Shown here one piece after another: positions 62,256 to 64,000 of a DNA stretch of 64,000 nucleotides (its first letter is position 1; every line of letters begins with the position of its first letter). The stretch lies in NCBI GenBank assembly GCA_032718475.1, contig JAUCBJ010008209.1, forward strand, positions 1 through 64,000. Reading direction: 5' to 3'. Source of the DNA: Nemertoderma westbladi (lineage: Eukaryota; Animalia; Xenacoelomorpha). The position numbers and the translations under genes are program-made. A model generated the notes under the pieces. It searched no databases. It saw only the letters and a program-made list of their open reading frames with translations, and was not told where the DNA came from.

Positions 62256-64000
62256 GGTCAGGTCAGGTATTCTAGGTCATTGATCAAGAAAACTTGCCAC
62301 CTCCATGCAGCATAAAGGAGGTGCCACCTGTAGCTGCATAGACCCTCTTACTAGGGCAAATCTGGTCCTGTAACTAGGACCCCCTTCGTTCTGGGATAAG
62401 GACGCCCTTGGTCCTGGATTAAGGACCCATATACTTGGCTGCAGGGGTATATGGCCTGACCAGGCAGATGGTGATCTACCAATGGCTGGTTAGGAGTAGA
62501 GTGTTCTCATGTCCACTCTGAGGGCACTTCACTGCGACCTGCACCTGGCAGCAAGGGTACAGGGCATGACCCAGCAGATGAGCTGCAACAGCCAATGGTG
62601 GGTCATGTACGCCAGAGTAGATATGGGTGATGGGCCTCATATCTGACTCCATTGCGACACCCACCCTGTGGAATGGCAAACCAGGGTGTGGTATTTGCCC
62701 CGAGAGCTGACTCGGCAAAAAAGCACCCCCCAACCCCCACTATGGATTACATTAGCAATGCGGAGGTCCGGCCACTAGAGGCCAGTGGAATTACCGGACA
62801 CAATCGGCCTCACAGGCGTCAGTTAACTCCTGACCGGCTGCCTGTCTCACCCCCTACTGGAGAGAGAGCAGCCAACAATTCTTTGAGTCCCTTTCCTGAT
62901 GACCTTTCTGGCCCAAACCCTGGGTCACCAGGGAGGCCAGATTGTGATGGGGAGAGGGATTCTGGAGTTGGAGGCTACTCTCATGTTCCACCCCGACCAA
63001 CAAAGCCATTGGTGAATCTGAGGCAAGTCACTAGACTAGCCTCAGTAAACACCCTAACACTCGGGTCCCCAATGCGACAAGGTGAGCTGACTGCCTTGGC
63101 AGATAAGCTTTCTCTTAGCGCAGTGGGTGTTCAAGAGCACCGAATGCAGACTGGACAGACTGATGAGGTTCTGATTAAGGACATGGGGGGCGGTTGGCGA
63201 CTCGCCCTCGCGTCAGCAGATGATAGTGGCAATGGTGGAATTGGTCTATTGATGAATCCAACTGCACATGCAGCATTGGACAAAATAGACCAAATCTCTA
63301 ACCGCATCATCCGTTGCCACTTCTCATGTTCTGGAAGACTGGCTAAGAAGTTTCCTAAGGTGGTTCTGATTGTGTGCTACTCTCCAACTAGTGTTGCCCC
63401 TGTAGAGGAGGTGGAAAATTTCTACCACAATCTACAAGCAGCAACTGATGGAGTGGATCAGCATGCATTCTTAACATTCCTGGGAGACTTTAATGCAAGT
63501 CTGCATCAATCACCTACATCGCCCTGGGTCTATAGCAATAGTGTTAACCGAAATTCTGTCCATCTTCAGGATTTTATCTCTGGAAATGGATTGTTTTCGG
63601 CTGGAACCCAGTTCAAGAAGCGAACTGGAAAGCTATGGACTCATAGTGGACCCAGTGGTCACAAGTCCCAGATAGACCATATTCTGTTTCGTAGGAAATA
63701 CAGGAGCTCTATACAAGACTGTAATGCATTTACACTTCGACCCTTCTCCAGTGATCACCGCCTTATTGTGGCCAAGGTAAGACTTAGTCTGCGTGCTAGC
63801 AGAACAACGAAATCTGCCTTGCCACGGCATGACTGGTCCTCTCTGTTGCAACAGCCAAGTGTGAGATCCAGCTTCACACTACAGCTGAGCAACAGGTATG
63901 AGGCTCTTGCCTCTGAGGCGGCAGATCACTGTGAGGGCTATACTGCCTTTACAGAAGCAGTTAAGTTAGCAGCTGCAGAAACAGTTCCTGTATACCCTCG
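62256..64000 (+). mobile_element. RTE-like LINE, 5' part, runs off window end; left boundary uncertain
   Basis: Abrupt change from AT-rich flank to a GC-richer structured leader, then a single ORF starting with an APE domain. Confidence 0.8.
62742..64000 (+). CDS. LINE ORF, APE endonuclease, open to window end (missing from the ORF track)
   Basis: ATG at 62742 (MDYISN...); LASVNTLTL, VGVQEHR, GGIGLLM, VCYSPT, LGDFNA, SQIDHIL, SDHRLIVAKV, LSNRYEAL; no stop seen. Confidence 0.88.
   Translation, partial: MDYISNAEVRPLEASGITGHNRPHRRQLTPDRLPVSPPTGERAANNSLSPFPDDLSGPNPGSPGRPDCDGERDSGVGGYSHVPPRPTKPLVNLRQVTRLASVNTLTLGSPMRQGELTALADKLSLSAVGVQEHRMQTGQTDEVLIKDMGGGWRLALASADDSGNGGIGLLMNPTAHAALDKIDQISNRIIRCHFSCSGRLAKKFPKVVLIVCYSPTSVAPVEEVENFYHNLQAATDGVDQHAFLTFLGDFNASLHQSPTSPWVYSNSVNRNSVHLQDFISGNGLFSAGTQFKKRTGKLWTHSGPSGHKSQIDHILFRRKYRSSIQDCNAFTLRPFSSDHRLIVAKVRLSLRASRTTKSALPRHDWSSLLQQPSVRSSFTLQLSNRYEALASEAADHCEGYTAFTEAVKLAAAETVPVYP

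Overview
AT-rich eukaryotic (metazoan-type) DNA, not prokaryotic. About 45 kb of nested, mostly decayed transposable elements is followed by three intact single-exon housekeeping genes: SLU7 (45339-47072 +), XRCC4 (53767-54747 +) and RBM26/27 (58250-60964 -). Intronless versions of these normally intron-rich genes suggest an intron-poor lineage such as a glass sponge; this is inference only. Mobile DNA recognised: a young Mag-like Ty3/Gypsy element (1-5361 -) whose RT and RNase H are replaced in frame by a 33-copy 12-bp array; RTE-, RTEX- and CR1/L2-like LINEs; two relics of a CRE/NeSL-like retrotransposon carrying a Ulp1 SUMO protease and a PHD finger; hAT, hATm, pogo, Merlin and Crypton relics; an integrase-core relic convergent with a HECT-like gene; a tRNA-derived SINE with a Meta-like core; several TTAA-flanked MITEs; a solo LTR inside a G/C-skewed minisatellite; and, at the right edge, an open RTE-like ORF behind a hairpin-rich 5' leader. 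All family assignments are from motifs recognised by eye; no database searches were run.
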